Assembly (NCBI GenBank): GCA_018813505.1
Contig: JAHJBM010000056.1
Location: 1-57,672, forward strand
Source of the DNA: Candidatus Micrarchaeota archaeon
GTDB taxonomy: Archaea > Micrarchaeota > Micrarchaeia > Anstonellales > Bilamarchaeaceae
Direction of reading: 5' to 3'
DNA: 57,672 bases
Shown here one piece after another: positions 44,260 to 54,876 of this stretch (positions within the stretch are counted from its first letter, which is position 1; each line of letters starts with the position of its first letter). Made by a program: the position numbers and the translations under genes. Below the pieces are notes generated by a model. That model searched no databases and was not told the DNA's origin. It saw only the letters and a program-made list of their open reading frames with translations.

Positions 44260-44375
44260 TTTTTTTTCTTTTTTTCCATTTTTTCTTCAAAACCAAATAT
44301 CAAAAAATCCACACCATTTATAAACATTTTTATCCACTTATTATATCATCAGTTCGTACAACGTGAGTGTTTTTG

Positions 44376-45629
44376 ATGAAGTTGAAATATAAGACGAGTT
44401 TGGGACCGGATGCCGGTATGCATGGTCGCAGTAATCCAACTACAGGATCCACATTCAAAACCTCTCTTGCCAAACCTCTAAATGGTCATGATACTTTAAG
44501 CGCTGGGTCAAAACACAGTTTAAATGGTCATTATGGTTGCTTTTCACTTCCTTCCAAAGTTGCTCCTAATGATCGAATTGTCTGGGTATCAGATACTAAT
44601 CCAACTAGACAAACTAGTGATGGATTACCAGAACCAAAGTCTGGATCCCATGTCCTGAATGTTATCTTGGTATCACCATCATGCTTAAATGAATTCGCCA
44701 TTTCGACTTCGTTAAATACCTGCCATCGTGAACCTCCAGATCTTATTATCGAAACGTTAGATGGTTTATCTAAATTATTTGGGATGATTGGTGGTTTGAC
44801 TGCTGCTCTTTCTGGTGCATTATACATTGCAGAGTATGTTTTTGTATCATGCAATCCTGAGGGCGATTATTACATGCCTCCAATCACCAATATATTGAAT
44901 CCGCCTACTCTGCTTGCCATTGCATCATTAGAATGTTTTTCAACTGCAGGTATTTTTCTGACTGCATTAAAATCATACGACATCGCATCATGGTTTGGTT
45001 CTGCAAAGGATAAGATAAATTCGTTTGGGCGTTCTCTTGATAATCTCACGGACCGATGCATTGATATCCTTGCATATCCTGTCAAATCAATCAAAGGGCT
45101 GGAAGCCTATCTTGATGTATGGGGCGAAAACGTTCTTCAGGATACAAAATCGATTTTATCTGCGTTCCGGATCAAATTGTCTGCTGGAAAAATTAAATCT
45201 GGGAAACCCATTGAGCAGATTAGATTTACTTATGATTTTGCCGGATATACATCAGCGGAATTGGAGCAGGAAGTCCAGCCAATGCCAAAGAAGAGGCTCA
45301 TTGACCGTGTTCTTCATAGTGTTTCATCAGCTCTTGTAAATACTATCGGTAAAATTCCTTCTTCAGTTGTGGCTTCTATTGGTGGCACACTCTCTGCGTT
45401 GATTTTCATTGCTCCATGGTATTTGTCAGGCTGGGATGAGTTTGTAGTAAATCATTCGATTAGTCATAAAATCTACTATGGTTGTGGTGTGGTTATGTCA
45501 TTTGCAACCACGTTGCTTATCATTCCTTTGTTTATCAATTTATATTATACATCTAAGGATTGGTTTGATCCATTAGCTTCAAAAATTGACAACAGGACAA
45601 AAAGCATCCGTGCTAAATTCGATGTATAA
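44376..45629 (+). CDS. hypothetical polytopic membrane protein with ~130-aa soluble N-terminal region
   Basis: Several TM segments ([78 protein letters not shown]). No recognisable family. Confidence 0.55.
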   Translation: MKLKYKTSLGPDAGMHGRSNPTTGSTFKTSLAKPLNGHDTLSAGSKHSLNGHYGCFSLPSKVAPNDRIVWVSDTNPTRQTSDGLPEPKSGSHVLNVILVSPSCLNEFAISTSLNTCHREPPDLIIETLDGLSKLFGMIGGLTAALSGALYIAEYVFVSCNPEGDYYMPPITNILNPPTLLAIASLECFSTAGIFLTALKSYDIASWFGSAKDKINSFGRSLDNLTDRCIDILAYPVKSIKGLEAYLDVWGENVLQDTKSILSAFRIKLSAGKIKSGKPIEQIRFTYDFAGYTSAELEQEVQPMPKKRLIDRVLHSVSSALVNTIGKIPSSVVASIGGTLSALIFIAPWYLSGWDEFVVNHSISHKIYYGCGVVMSFATTLLIIPLFINLYYTSKDWFDPLASKIDNRTKSIRAKFDV

Positions 45630-45682
45630 AACAACGAAAAACCTACAAAATCTTTATATACAGCATCCTGTCTATATCTTTT

Positions 45683-47656
45683 ATGAAAAATTTCAAAACT
45701 ACCGCTGAAATCAAGGTTCCGGTAAAACTCATAGACCAGCTAATCGGGCAGGATAAAGCAGTCGAAATAATAAGAAAAGCAGCAAAACAGAAAAGAAACG
45801 TTCTTCTTATAGGTTCTCCAGGTACGGGAAAAAGTATGATGGCTCAGGCAATGGCAGAGCTCATGCCAACTGAACAGCTTGAAGACATTCTGGTTTATTC
45901 AAACAAAGACAACGAAAATCAGCCATTGGTAAGAATTTTGAAAACCTATCCTGATTTTCAATATCTTACAAAGCACAAATATCTCATGAAATATTTCCAT
46001 CCAAAAGAACTGGAATCATTGAAAAATGAAACTCAAAAATCATTTTCAATCAATGGACTAGGAAAACGAATTGTCACGTTCAAGAAACCCCAAGAGGACG
46101 AGCGCAAGATCTCACCACTTCTTATCGTGGGTATTCTTGCAGTCATACTTATTGCAATAATCTTTTTTACCGACGTTGAAGACAATATAAAATGGTTTGT
46201 TATTGTGGCAGCACTTGGTCTTGGTCTACTTTATGTAATTTCCAATGCAACTGCTGGCCTAGGAAGAAGGCTTATGCCAATGCAAGAAGGCAATACCCCC
46301 AAACTACTTATTGATAACAGCCAGAAACACACTGCGCCTTTTGTTGATGCAACTGGTTCAAGGGCAGGTTCCTTGCTTGGTGATGTACGTCATGATCCTC
46401 TTCAAACAGGTGGTCTTGGAACCCCTGCACATCTGCGTGTTGAAGCAGGTGCAATCCATCAGGCAAACAAAGGTGTTCTTTTCATTGATGAAATCGCTTC
46501 ATTAAAACTAAACTGGCAACAGGAACTTCTTACTGCCATGCAGGAAAAGAAATATGCAATAACCGGACAAAGCGAAATGAGTTCAGGTGCGCTTGTAAAA
46601 ACACAACCTGTTCCAACTGATTTTGTTCTTGTGGCCGCAGGTAATCTTCCTGATATGCAACACATCCATCCAGCACTGCGATCAAGGATTCGTGGCGGTG
46701 GCTATGAAGTTTATGTTGAGGATACAATGGAAGACACACCAGAAAATGAAGAACGGCTTGTCCAATTCATTGCACAGGAAGTGAAGCGAGACGGGAAAAT
46801 CCCACAGTTTACTAAGGAAGCTGCAATGGAGATTATAGAAGAAGCAAGACGAATGTCTGGAAGGCGAAAGAGTTTCACGCTTAATCTAAGAGAGCTTGGC
46901 GGTCTTGTAAGAGCTGCTGGTGATGTTGCTCGTGAAGGTAGTGCTGAGTTTGTCACCAAGGCACATGTGACTGAAGGAAAAAAGGTTTTCAAATCAATAG
47001 AAACCCAGCTCGGTGCAAAGATGATAGAAAGAAAACGCGAGTATCAGACCATAATAACCAAAGGTGCTGAAATCGGTCGTGTCAATGGTCTTGCGGTTTT
47101 AGGAAATTCAATGGCAGGTCTTGTATTACCAATAGTTGCAGAAGCCACTCCAGCATCATCAAAAAGCGAAGGTAGAGTAATAGCCACAGGAAAACTTGGT
47201 GTAATCGCAAAAGAAGCAGTGGATAATGTTTCTGCAATATTCAAGAAATATATTGGAACTGCAATAGCCAAAACAGATCTCCACATTCAATTTATACAAA
47301 CTTATGAAGGTGTGGAAGGTGACAGCGCTTCAATATCAACGGCAGTTGCAGTCATTTCAGCAATTGCAAACATTCCTGTTTACCAGGGTGTTGCCATGAC
47401 CGGCTCGCTTGATGTTCGTGGCAGGGTAATGCCTGTGGGCGGAGTTACATCCAAAATAGAAGCAGCAATTGAAGCTGGCATAAAAAAGGTGTTGATTCCA
47501 AAGGCCAATGGTCCGGATGTTTACCTAAAGGATAACAAGGGTAAGGTCGAGGTTGTAGAAGTTAGTAATCTTGTTGAAGTGCTGAGCCATGCGCTTGAAG
47601 ATGGTCCTAAAAAGTCTGCACTTCTCAAAAAGATGGGGATTAAGGAAGGGGGGTAG
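45683..47656 (+). CDS. lonB: archaeal membrane-bound Lon protease (LonB)
   Basis: Walker [12 protein letters not shown] insert ([17 protein letters not shown] / [15 protein letters not shown]) inside the AAA+ module. Walker B VLFIDEI. Protease domain [10 protein letters not shown]...MTGSL...G.V.PVGG...KIEAA. Confidence 0.95.
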   Translation: MKNFKTTAEIKVPVKLIDQLIGQDKAVEIIRKAAKQKRNVLLIGSPGTGKSMMAQAMAELMPTEQLEDILVYSNKDNENQPLVRILKTYPDFQYLTKHKYLMKYFHPKELESLKNETQKSFSINGLGKRIVTFKKPQEDERKISPLLIVGILAVILIAIIFFTDVEDNIKWFVIVAALGLGLLYVISNATAGLGRRLMPMQEGNTPKLLIDNSQKHTAPFVDATGSRAGSLLGDVRHDPLQTGGLGTPAHLRVEAGAIHQANKGVLFIDEIASLKLNWQQELLTAMQEKKYAITGQSEMSSGALVKTQPVPTDFVLVAAGNLPDMQHIHPALRSRIRGGGYEVYVEDTMEDTPENEERLVQFIAQEVKRDGKIPQFTKEAAMEIIEEARRMSGRRKSFTLNLRELGGLVRAAGDVAREGSAEFVTKAHVTEGKKVFKSIETQLGAKMIERKREYQTIITKGAEIGRVNGLAVLGNSMAGLVLPIVAEATPASSKSEGRVIATGKLGVIAKEAVDNVSAIFKKYIGTAIAKTDLHIQFIQTYEGVEGDSASISTAVAVISAIANIPVYQGVAMTGSLDVRGRVMPVGGVTSKIEAAIEAGIKKVLIPKANGPDVYLKDNKGKVEVVEVSNLVEVLSHALEDGPKKSALLKKMGIKEGG

Positions 47657-47724
47657 TTGCAGTATACGTTTTGCCTACAACGGAACCTTTATAACCTCTT
47701 TTATATACTTATTATAACGTTATT

Positions 47725-49725
47725 ATGCCTAAAGACTATTCTAAAATAGATGCAGAAATACTTCTAGCTATCCAGTCTTACGCGGGTATTCCGACTGCAC
47801 ACACCCTTAGCAAGGTTGGGGGTGGTCCTGTTGTTCTAAAAGGAGAAACTATAAAATCCAGATTGACTTCTAACCCTGCTCTTTCTGATGCCTTGGAATT
47901 ACACAGTATTGAATTTGTTATCGGGTGTGATGATGCAGTATTCGCTGATAATCTCGCACGTCATGCATGGGTCACTGCATCTGGCGTTGTTCTCGAGGCC
48001 ATCCATAATCGTTTAGATGAACAACTTCTTGTTGCAATATCCTTTTATGAAGGGGTTCCAACTGCATTTAATCTATCCAAAATCCGCGGTGGTAATGTTC
48101 CGCAGGATGGTGCAACAATACTAAAAAGATTAAATGCAAATCCACGTCTTCAACAAGCTTTAGAATCCAGAGGCATTGAATTTATTACTACGTGTACGGT
48201 AGAAACATTTGATCTATATCTTAACCAGGGTCGATTTGATAAGGTGACTGGTGAAATTCTTGAAGTTAGGAATAAGCGCATTGATCAACGTATATTGGAC
48301 GCGATTAATTTCCATCCAGATATTCCGACTGCAGGTAATCTAAGTAAATACGGTGACAACCATCTTCCATACTGCAATAATCTCATATTAAATCGGCTCA
48401 ACACCAACGCGGCTCTTCAACAAGCGTTGGAATCCAGAGGCATTAACTTTGTTTCTACCTGCAGTGACGAAGCGTTTATACAAATCATCTCAAAGATTCG
48501 AGTTCTTAAACTAACATCCCCGTCTGTTTATACTGCAGTGTGCAAACGTTTAGATGCACAAATATTAGATGCAATTATAAATTATCCTGGGATTCCAACT
48601 GGTGCTAACTTAGCTAAAAAGAATGGTGGTCCAATACATCATTCAACAAATCTTATTTATGGTCGATTAAAAGAAAATCCAGATCTTAGAAAAGCACTAT
48701 ATGCAAAGAAAGGCCTAACAGAAGACCAAATCAATGTCCATGACGCAGAACTTGATAATCCTTCTCCTGCGATTGTTGCCAGTGTGCAACGCAGATTGAC
48801 TCACACACGTATCTTCAGGGAAGCTATTGGCCTGCTTAAACAGTTCAAAGAACTTTTCACTGAAAAGAAAATCCTCCAAATCTCTCTTTATCCTGAGCCG
48901 CTTTTACGGGCAGCCGAAATGCTCGGTATTGATATTCACCCATCTTATATGCGGGCACACGGACTTAAGAATGGCGAATTCAAACTTGATACTAAAATTG
49001 ATACTGATCATAAATACGATACAATTGCTCTAATGCAATTTTGTCATCGTATCGGTAATGAGGCGTTAATCAATGCACTAAACGAAGCAAATAAAATTCT
49101 TGTAGATAATGGTGCATTACTGATTTCAATACCTGAAGAATTTTCCAGAACTTCAAGATTTGAGGATCAGATAAAGGAATTTGGCTTTGAACTACAAACC
49201 GAAGGAACGCTTATCATCAGAACACACAGTTTGGCTGAACTTTCAACCTCGGGTATTCTAGATGCAGAACGGGTTAAGGCAAAAGTAGATCAGGCAACAA
49301 ATATTTTCATTCTTAGAAAGACCTTTGATCTAAATGGAACAGCAGTAGATTCATTTGTCCGCACAGAAGTCAAAGGAGATAACGGGCAGTTTCATCCATC
49401 ATTGGGAGAGATTAATGTTCCGGATTCTATCAATCGCGAACTTTCATCTGCTTTCCAGGAAAGAGTTTCAGGTATGGATGGCGGATTTATTCTTGAAATG
49501 CATGCTGACCACAATCCAAAGCCTGATTTGATTGGTTTTGATGTCGATCCAAAAAATCCACTAACAACTGAAATATCGACCAATGATTCTTCAGATCTTG
49601 GAGTTGGAGCACTTAGCGCAGTTGCAAGAAGATTAGCGAGACGAGAATTCAGAAAAGATTTGCTTGTTAGACCTGGTCACATTACAAAACTATCTATAAA
49701 ACTCGTGCGCCAAGCATTGTCATAA
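47725..49725 (+). CDS. protein with four tandem ~90-aa helical repeats and a C-terminal degenerate class-I-methyltransferase-like region
   Basis: Repeats listed in the repeat feature. The C-terminal YDTIALMQFCHRIGNEALINALNEANKILVDNGALLISIPEE resembles the post-motif-II/III part of SAM methyltransferases, but I see no GxGxG loop. Confidence 0.7.
   Translation: MPKDYSKIDAEILLAIQSYAGIPTAHTLSKVGGGPVVLKGETIKSRLTSNPALSDALELHSIEFVIGCDDAVFADNLARHAWVTASGVVLEAIHNRLDEQLLVAISFYEGVPTAFNLSKIRGGNVPQDGATILKRLNANPRLQQALESRGIEFITTCTVETFDLYLNQGRFDKVTGEILEVRNKRIDQRILDAINFHPDIPTAGNLSKYGDNHLPYCNNLILNRLNTNAALQQALESRGINFVSTCSDEAFIQIISKIRVLKLTSPSVYTAVCKRLDAQILDAIINYPGIPTGANLAKKNGGPIHHSTNLIYGRLKENPDLRKALYAKKGLTEDQINVHDAELDNPSPAIVASVQRRLTHTRIFREAIGLLKQFKELFTEKKILQISLYPEPLLRAAEMLGIDIHPSYMRAHGLKNGEFKLDTKIDTDHKYDTIALMQFCHRIGNEALINALNEANKILVDNGALLISIPEEFSRTSRFEDQIKEFGFELQTEGTLIIRTHSLAELSTSGILDAERVKAKVDQATNIFILRKTFDLNGTAVDSFVRTEVKGDNGQFHPSLGEINVPDSINRELSSAFQERVSGMDGGFILEMHADHNPKPDLIGFDVDPKNPLTTEISTNDSSDLGVGALSAVARRLARREFRKDLLVRPGHITKLSIKLVRQALS
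47743..48798 (+). repeat. four tandem protein-level repeats of 84-90 aa (267-270 nt each)
   Basis: Repeat starts: KIDAEILLAIQSYAGIPTAHTLSK, RLDEQLLVAISFYEGVPTAFNLSK, RIDQRILDAINFHPDIPTAGNLSK, RLDAQILDAIINYPGIPTGANLAK. Each continues with RL..NP.L..ALE.RGI.F...C. Confidence 0.8.
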
Positions 49726-49768
49726 TTCGGATGCCCATTGCGCGTTGGATATCCTTTTATCAATCACT

Positions 49769-50056
49769 TCATTCTTTTTCCAAATCAATAATATGGGGTA
49801 TTATTTCTTCAATATATGTCTCTTGAACTAGATTCCAAACTATTCTCTTCGCACCATTGAAACTCTTGATAATCATTCCAATATTCAATTGTTCAAGTGC
49901 TTTCTTATCATGTTCCAGTTCAATTATTATATATCAGCGTCGGTACTACAATTCGTCTATCTTTTCAGGAGAAAGTTTTCTAATCTGTTTTGTAATCTCA
50001 GTTATATCGCGATCTGTTACTATCTCGCCAAATTCATTATTTTGGGATGCTTTCAT
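49769..50056 (-). pseudogene. small reading frame (96 codons) interrupted by in-frame TAG and TGA
   Basis: My own translation: MKASQNNEFGEIVTDRDITEITKQIRKLSPEKIDEL*YRR*YIIIELEHDKKALEQLNIGMIIKSFNGAKRIVWNLVQETYIEEIIPHIIDLEKE*. The ATG is 5 nt after the upstream gene's stop. Confidence 0.3.
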
Positions 50057-50060
50057 CTAA

Positions 50061-51299
50061 TCAATCCGACTTCACGATCACGTTTTCATCAACTGATGCT
50101 ATGGCCGATATCGGAAGCGAATATCTTTTTTCAAATATCGTCTGTATGATTATCTTGCCCTTACGTACGTCTATGCCAACTATCTTTCCAAGATATGTGC
50201 CGTGCTCTGATATGGCCTCTTTGCCTTCTATTTTCATTTCAACGAGTATCTCCTTACGATACCAGCTTATGATCATAGTTACCACATACCCTAGGAACAG
50301 AGCCAGTATTATACTCCCAAGGAACGTGCCAAAATCCACATATGGTTCATTCAGATTCACTATCCACATGCTGCCTATCAGGATTACAAATGTTGCAAGC
50401 GCGGCTGCGGCAGAATAGAGTATATAATTCGTTACTGTATATTTTCTCTTCTCCATTATCGCATCTATACCCTTGCTCACCATAATTAGCAATAGTCCTA
50501 TAAAAGCAACCCATATGGTGTTGCCAGTTACGTATGATACGAGTTTTTCATTTGAAAGATTCATTATCAGTCCTTTTTGGGCTGTCTGGTACCCGACAAA
50601 AAGTGCTATGCCAAAGATGGCAAAAGCACCTATATAACCTATCCAGCTTGTACGTTCAAACGAAAACCTAAAGTCCTTTATCATTTTCATCAGGGCTTCT
50701 TCGACTCCAAACATTCTTAGCATCAGATATATGCCGATTACTATTCCAACTGGTTGCCATCCAAGTCCAAGATAACTAGAAAGCGATATAAGAAGTATCA
50801 GCGCTGCCGGTATTCCTATTAGGATCTTTGCAAAATACGGGTCGCGTAATTTTTCCAGAAGGACAAAATATGTCTGTTCGAGTTCCTTTGCCTGTTTTAT
50901 GTAGACTATCTTTGTCGAATTTATCTTGACCCTTGATTTGACTATTGGTATTATTTCTTCATCAGATGCTCCGTCTGATATAAGTATGCATGATTCTGGG
51001 TTTATTTCAACCATTATCTTATCAAGCTGTGCACTTATCTCCTTATCTGCAGTATATCCAAGGTTTTTGTGTCCTGTGAGTGTGGCAACTTCTACATTAT
51101 AGCCATCCTTTCTCATTTGGTCATATGCCTTTACTGCATAATATATTGCGTTTGAGTCAGGATCTTCAGGATCTGCGAGGGACAATGCGAGTGCGCCTTT
51201 GATGTTTCTATCACGACCTATGAGTGGGCCACTAACCGCTGCCTTTTCGTAAAGGTCATTATCCCTGTCTATACACAGTACTAATATCGGTCTTTTCAC
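50061..51299 (-). CDS. DUF373-like archaeal integral membrane protein
   Basis: Soluble N-terminal domain starting ILVLCIDRDNDL...GPLIGR...ALADPEDPDSN, followed by about 7 TM segments and a small C-terminal domain. Confidence 0.55.
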   Translation of the reverse strand: MKRPILVLCIDRDNDLYEKAAVSGPLIGRDRNIKGALALSLADPEDPDSNAIYYAVKAYDQMRKDGYNVEVATLTGHKNLGYTADKEISAQLDKIMVEINPESCILISDGASDEEIIPIVKSRVKINSTKIVYIKQAKELEQTYFVLLEKLRDPYFAKILIGIPAALILLISLSSYLGLGWQPVGIVIGIYLMLRMFGVEEALMKMIKDFRFSFERTSWIGYIGAFAIFGIALFVGYQTAQKGLIMNLSNEKLVSYVTGNTIWVAFIGLLLIMVSKGIDAIMEKRKYTVTNYILYSAAAALATFVILIGSMWIVNLNEPYVDFGTFLGSIILALFLGYVVTMIISWYRKEILVEMKIEGKEAISEHGTYLGKIVGIDVRKGKIIIQTIFEKRYSLPISAIASVDENVIVKSD

Positions 51300-51408
51300 G
51301 CAATTTTATGCGTCGGCGTTATTTAAAAACTCTTCTCCTTATAGTTTTGTTGCAGTTTAATACCGAGTAATATCACTGCAATCCTGTTTACGAGTGAGTT
51401 GATTTATA

Positions 51409-51966
51409 ATGACAAACCAAAAACTAGTTTTCCCTGGAGACTACCTTTTCAGTTGTGAAGAGATCGAATCCGGTGACAACACCTATGTTAATAATGACGA
51501 TATTTTTTCTGCAGTTGTTGGTGAAAATGAAATCTCCAGTGGTAAGATTTCAGTGAAAAAGGACCGACATTTCACACAACCTAAGGTTGGCATGGAAGTT
51601 TACTGCATTGTGATAAAAACCATGCCAATGAAGGCGATTGCAGTTTGCATTCCTATAAAACAGGCGGAAGTTTTAGGTAGCTCTATGGAGTTTACTTCTG
51701 TGCTTCATGTACGGGAGCTTGGAAAAAAAGGATTTGTAGAGGATCTTAGACACGAGGTCAAGATAGGTGATATCATCCGTGCTCAAATCGTGGGGTTATC
51801 AGAGACAGATATCGACATCAGTATTAAAGGTCCACAATACGGATTTTTAGCAGTATTCTGTCCTCGCTGCAGGAAGAGAATGGATTTAAAAGGAGCGGTA
51901 TTCATTTGTAGTACTTGCGAATGGAAGGAAAACCGGAAAATTCCTGCCGAGGAATATACGTCATAG
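51409..51966 (+). CDS. csl4: exosome RNA-binding subunit Csl4 (S1 + zinc ribbon)
   Basis: VFPGD N-terminus, S1-like core, C-terminal CPRC...CSTC zinc ribbon. Conserved adjacency to rpoL. Confidence 0.82.
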   Translation: MTNQKLVFPGDYLFSCEEIESGDNTYVNNDDIFSAVVGENEISSGKISVKKDRHFTQPKVGMEVYCIVIKTMPMKAIAVCIPIKQAEVLGSSMEFTSVLHVRELGKKGFVEDLRHEVKIGDIIRAQIVGLSETDIDISIKGPQYGFLAVFCPRCRKRMDLKGAVFICSTCEWKENRKIPAEEYTS

Positions 51967-51975
51967 GTTTGGTTG

Positions 51976-52257
51976 ATGATTATGGAAGTTAATATTATAG
52001 TTAATGAGAAGAATATGCTGGAATTGGAATTTGTTAATGGCGATTCATCATTGCCACAGATGCTAGTTGAAAAACTGAACAGCGATAAAAACGTTGAATT
52101 CGCTGCATATAAGGTTGAACATCCACTTATAGCACATCCAAAACTGATTCTGAAGACAAAAAGTGTAGATGCTAGCAAATTATTACTCGAAAAATTACAA
52201 GATGTCAAAAAAGACGTTTCTGATTTCAAGGATCAATTCATGAGCATTGTAAAATAA
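51976..52257 (+). CDS. rpoL: DNA-directed RNA polymerase subunit L (Rpb11 homologue)
   Basis: LELEFVNGDSSLPQMLVEKL......VEFAAYKVEHPL...P.L.LKT pattern. About 93 aa. Confidence 0.8.
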   Translation: MIMEVNIIVNEKNMLELEFVNGDSSLPQMLVEKLNSDKNVEFAAYKVEHPLIAHPKLILKTKSVDASKLLLEKLQDVKKDVSDFKDQFMSIVK

Positions 52258-52270
52258 CTGGTTTGGTATC

Positions 52271-53299
52271 ATGCTCAAACAGTTGCAACTTCCTGATTTC
52301 AAAGATTTCAAGAAACTTCCAAATCAACTGATCATTCTATTTGCGACACTAGCACTTTATCTTATAACAAATGCATTACTTGGCAATCCGAACAATCCAT
52401 ATTCATTCGTACCGTTGTTAATCGGTCTTTTTGTTGTGGTTGAGATATTCTTTTTTGTGGGTCTGGAGGTCAAGGATGGCGCACAAAAACATGGGTGGAA
52501 ACACGAGATTGTTGATACTGTTATTGCACTTGCAGTTGCAGTAGCACTTTGGTATGTGGCGTCATTTCTTCTCAATACCAGTTCTCCGATTTCAGCAGTT
52601 GTCTCGTGTAGTATGCTTCCAAATCTACAGCGGGGTGATTTTGTAATTATCCAAGGAGCACCTGCAGTTGCCTATGAAATCGATATGACTCGTCAAGAAC
52701 TTGATTCTCTTAATAATAATGCGATTATTACATATCCAGATGGCGAAATTTCGATCAACGGATCGTTATTTTCCTATTGTTTGTATAACAAAATGAAGGG
52801 TCTTCAGTCTGACGTATGTACGTCATTTATGGAAACCCCTGATCAGGTTACAGAGAAAAAGGGTGCGTTCACCTATCAATATCAATACTGTCCTATAACT
52901 ATTGATACCCAACAGCTCTACCAACCTTGTGTAAGCTCGATTTGGTTCAGGGGAAATCAATATTTTACAAATTTCTCTCACGACACCATTGTTTATTCTG
53001 CACCAAAATCAGATTACTATTCGATGGTTGGCGACATTGTTCACCGGGCATTATTTAGGATAAACGTGGTGAGTGAAGACAAATCCTATTACCTTACGCG
53101 CGGTGACAATAATCCGATACTTGATCTGCAGGTCTATGATTATAATTTGAAGATGACAAACCATCCAATACCAGAAGAACTCGTGAAAGGCAGGGTGATT
53201 ATGAGGATTCCGATTCTTGGTTATTTCAAATTGCTGCTTTCAGGTTTTGTGCAGGAAGATCCTCAGTGCAGAACCCAGCTTGAGTTCGAGCATGTATGA
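52271..53299 (+). CDS. signal peptidase I (S26B, archaeal/ER type) with enlarged Cys-containing insert
   Basis: N-terminal TMs, catalytic-Ser box VVSCSMLPNLQRGDFVIIQG, late TRGDNNP box. About 175 aa lie between these boxes. Confidence 0.65.
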   Translation: MLKQLQLPDFKDFKKLPNQLIILFATLALYLITNALLGNPNNPYSFVPLLIGLFVVVEIFFFVGLEVKDGAQKHGWKHEIVDTVIALAVAVALWYVASFLLNTSSPISAVVSCSMLPNLQRGDFVIIQGAPAVAYEIDMTRQELDSLNNNAIITYPDGEISINGSLFSYCLYNKMKGLQSDVCTSFMETPDQVTEKKGAFTYQYQYCPITIDTQQLYQPCVSSIWFRGNQYFTNFSHDTIVYSAPKSDYYSMVGDIVHRALFRINVVSEDKSYYLTRGDNNPILDLQVYDYNLKMTNHPIPEELVKGRVIMRIPILGYFKLLLSGFVQEDPQCRTQLEFEHV

Positions 53300-53430
53300 T
53301 AAAACATCTCTTCTAAAAGCGAATCAATATGCTAAAGTTTCATTATTATACTATCAACATATTTACCTTTGTGGAGAAACCATTTTGGATATCTTGCAAA
53401 CTCTTTGAATCCGAGTTTTTTGTAAAGTTT

Positions 53431-54003
53431 CTATGCCGGTTTATTGTTTGCAAATACGCTAAGGTAAATATTTTTTGGTTTGAATAATTTTTTGACAATT
53501 TGTATATTCAGACTTAGCAATTCTTTTCCAAGTCCGATCCCTCGAAATTCTTTTGATATTGCAATTCCAAGTACTACATTTCCTCTTTCTTTGTATTTGC
53601 CTTTTTGTGCCGTGGTTGTACCTACTATGTTTCCATTAATTCTAGCTACGAGTTCAATCCCGCATTTCTTCTTTTGTAGTTCTAACCTCTTTTTTTTCCA
53701 TTTCCTCTCTTCTTCTATTGTAAATTTTTTATCATATATAATATGCACCTGCTCGGCAATCATACTATTGATGAACGTGAGCAGTTCCTTTGTATTATCA
53801 TTTTTGTTAAGAAAAGTTACATTTGCGATTTTTCCATTTTTAAGTTTAATATCATTTCCATTCAAAACCGAAAACTCAGAACTAGAAACCGATTGCCGGG
53901 AACTGGAAACCGGAAACTGCAAACGCCCCCTATCCATAATGACTCCTGCTTCCGGTAAATTCTCGGGTAACAACTTCCTTAAGCTTTGCTTTGAGTTCTT
54001 CAC
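53431..54003 (-). CDS. GNAT-family N-acetyltransferase
   Basis: FRGIGLGKELL motif A. The start is possibly the internal MDRG (53937), which would reduce the overlap with the upstream gene. Confidence 0.7.
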   Translation of the reverse strand: MKNSKQSLRKLLPENLPEAGVIMDRGRLQFPVSSSRQSVSSSEFSVLNGNDIKLKNGKIANVTFLNKNDNTKELLTFINSMIAEQVHIIYDKKFTIEEERKWKKKRLELQKKKCGIELVARINGNIVGTTTAQKGKYKERGNVVLGIAISKEFRGIGLGKELLSLNIQIVKKLFKPKNIYLSVFANNKPA

Positions 54004-54739
54004 GTTCTGGTTTTTTCATTTTAACTGAATCAAGTTTACCTTCCCATTCTGTTAGCGCACTAACTATCCTATGATACGTTTTCTCAGTATCGGTATACCG
54101 TGCATACTCGAGAAGTGCGTCGAGTGCATATTTCGAATCGCATTTACCAAGTGCCTCTACTATCGCTGCCCGTATAATATGGGTTGCTTCATTTTCATAG
54201 AATGAAAGATGGGAGAAATGATAAGTAAGCAGTTTTGCTGCATCATCACTGCCTTTCAGCTCACCAAGGAATCTTATAAGTGCAATTATGCCTTCTATGG
54301 ATGTGGTATAATTGAACATCGCTCTGTAAACACTCATTCTTACTTCTGCAGCCTCTGCCTTTGGCTTCTTAAAGCGGAAATACTCACTGTTATGCATCAT
54401 TTTCAGATTTAGGCTTTCAGTAAGGTTCTCATGTATCATAAAAAGCATGAGTTGTCTTATGGTTTCATTTCCTTTTTCATACATTTTTGTAAGTTTTTCA
54501 ATCGCTTCGTTCTTTGTTTTTTTGTCTACTGCAACTGGATAAAATTTTATTGCAAATATCGCTTTTTCTAATTCCTTAATTGCATCTGACATTGCATTAT
54601 CTGGTTTACCTTGTTTTTCAGCTTGCGGTTGCTCCATTTGTTTATCCTCAGTCTTCGTTTCATTTTCTTCTAGTTTATCTTTCAATTCAACACCCTGTAC
54701 AAAATAATTTGACATTATTACTATTGTTATAATCCACAA
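53930..54739 (-). CDS. HEAT-repeat-like helical protein
   Basis: IRAAIVEALGKCDSKYALDALLEY resembles PBS-lyase-type HEAT repeats. Otherwise unassigned. Confidence 0.4.
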   Translation of the reverse strand: MWIITIVIMSNYFVQGVELKDKLEENETKTEDKQMEQPQAEKQGKPDNAMSDAIKELEKAIFAIKFYPVAVDKKTKNEAIEKLTKMYEKGNETIRQLMLFMIHENLTESLNLKMMHNSEYFRFKKPKAEAAEVRMSVYRAMFNYTTSIEGIIALIRFLGELKGSDDAAKLLTYHFSHLSFYENEATHIIRAAIVEALGKCDSKYALDALLEYARYTDTEKTYHRIVSALTEWEGKLDSVKMKKPEREELKAKLKEVVTREFTGSRSHYG

Positions 54740-54876
54740 TATTCTATAATGAACTAGGGATTATAATTCAATCTAAAGTGTTTTATAGCAAACTACAAAA
54801 GTTTTTGTATTAGGCATACCATGCGCTACTAACGTTTCTCAGGTAACTATTTAAGCACTCTTTCTCTATCTTTTAC

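Noticed and set aside
49934-49948. In-frame TAG/TGA as evidence for stop-codon reassignment
   Set aside because: TAA, TAG (for example lonB at 47654-56) and TGA (for example rps15, rps3ae) all terminate well-conserved genes at the expected lengths in this window.
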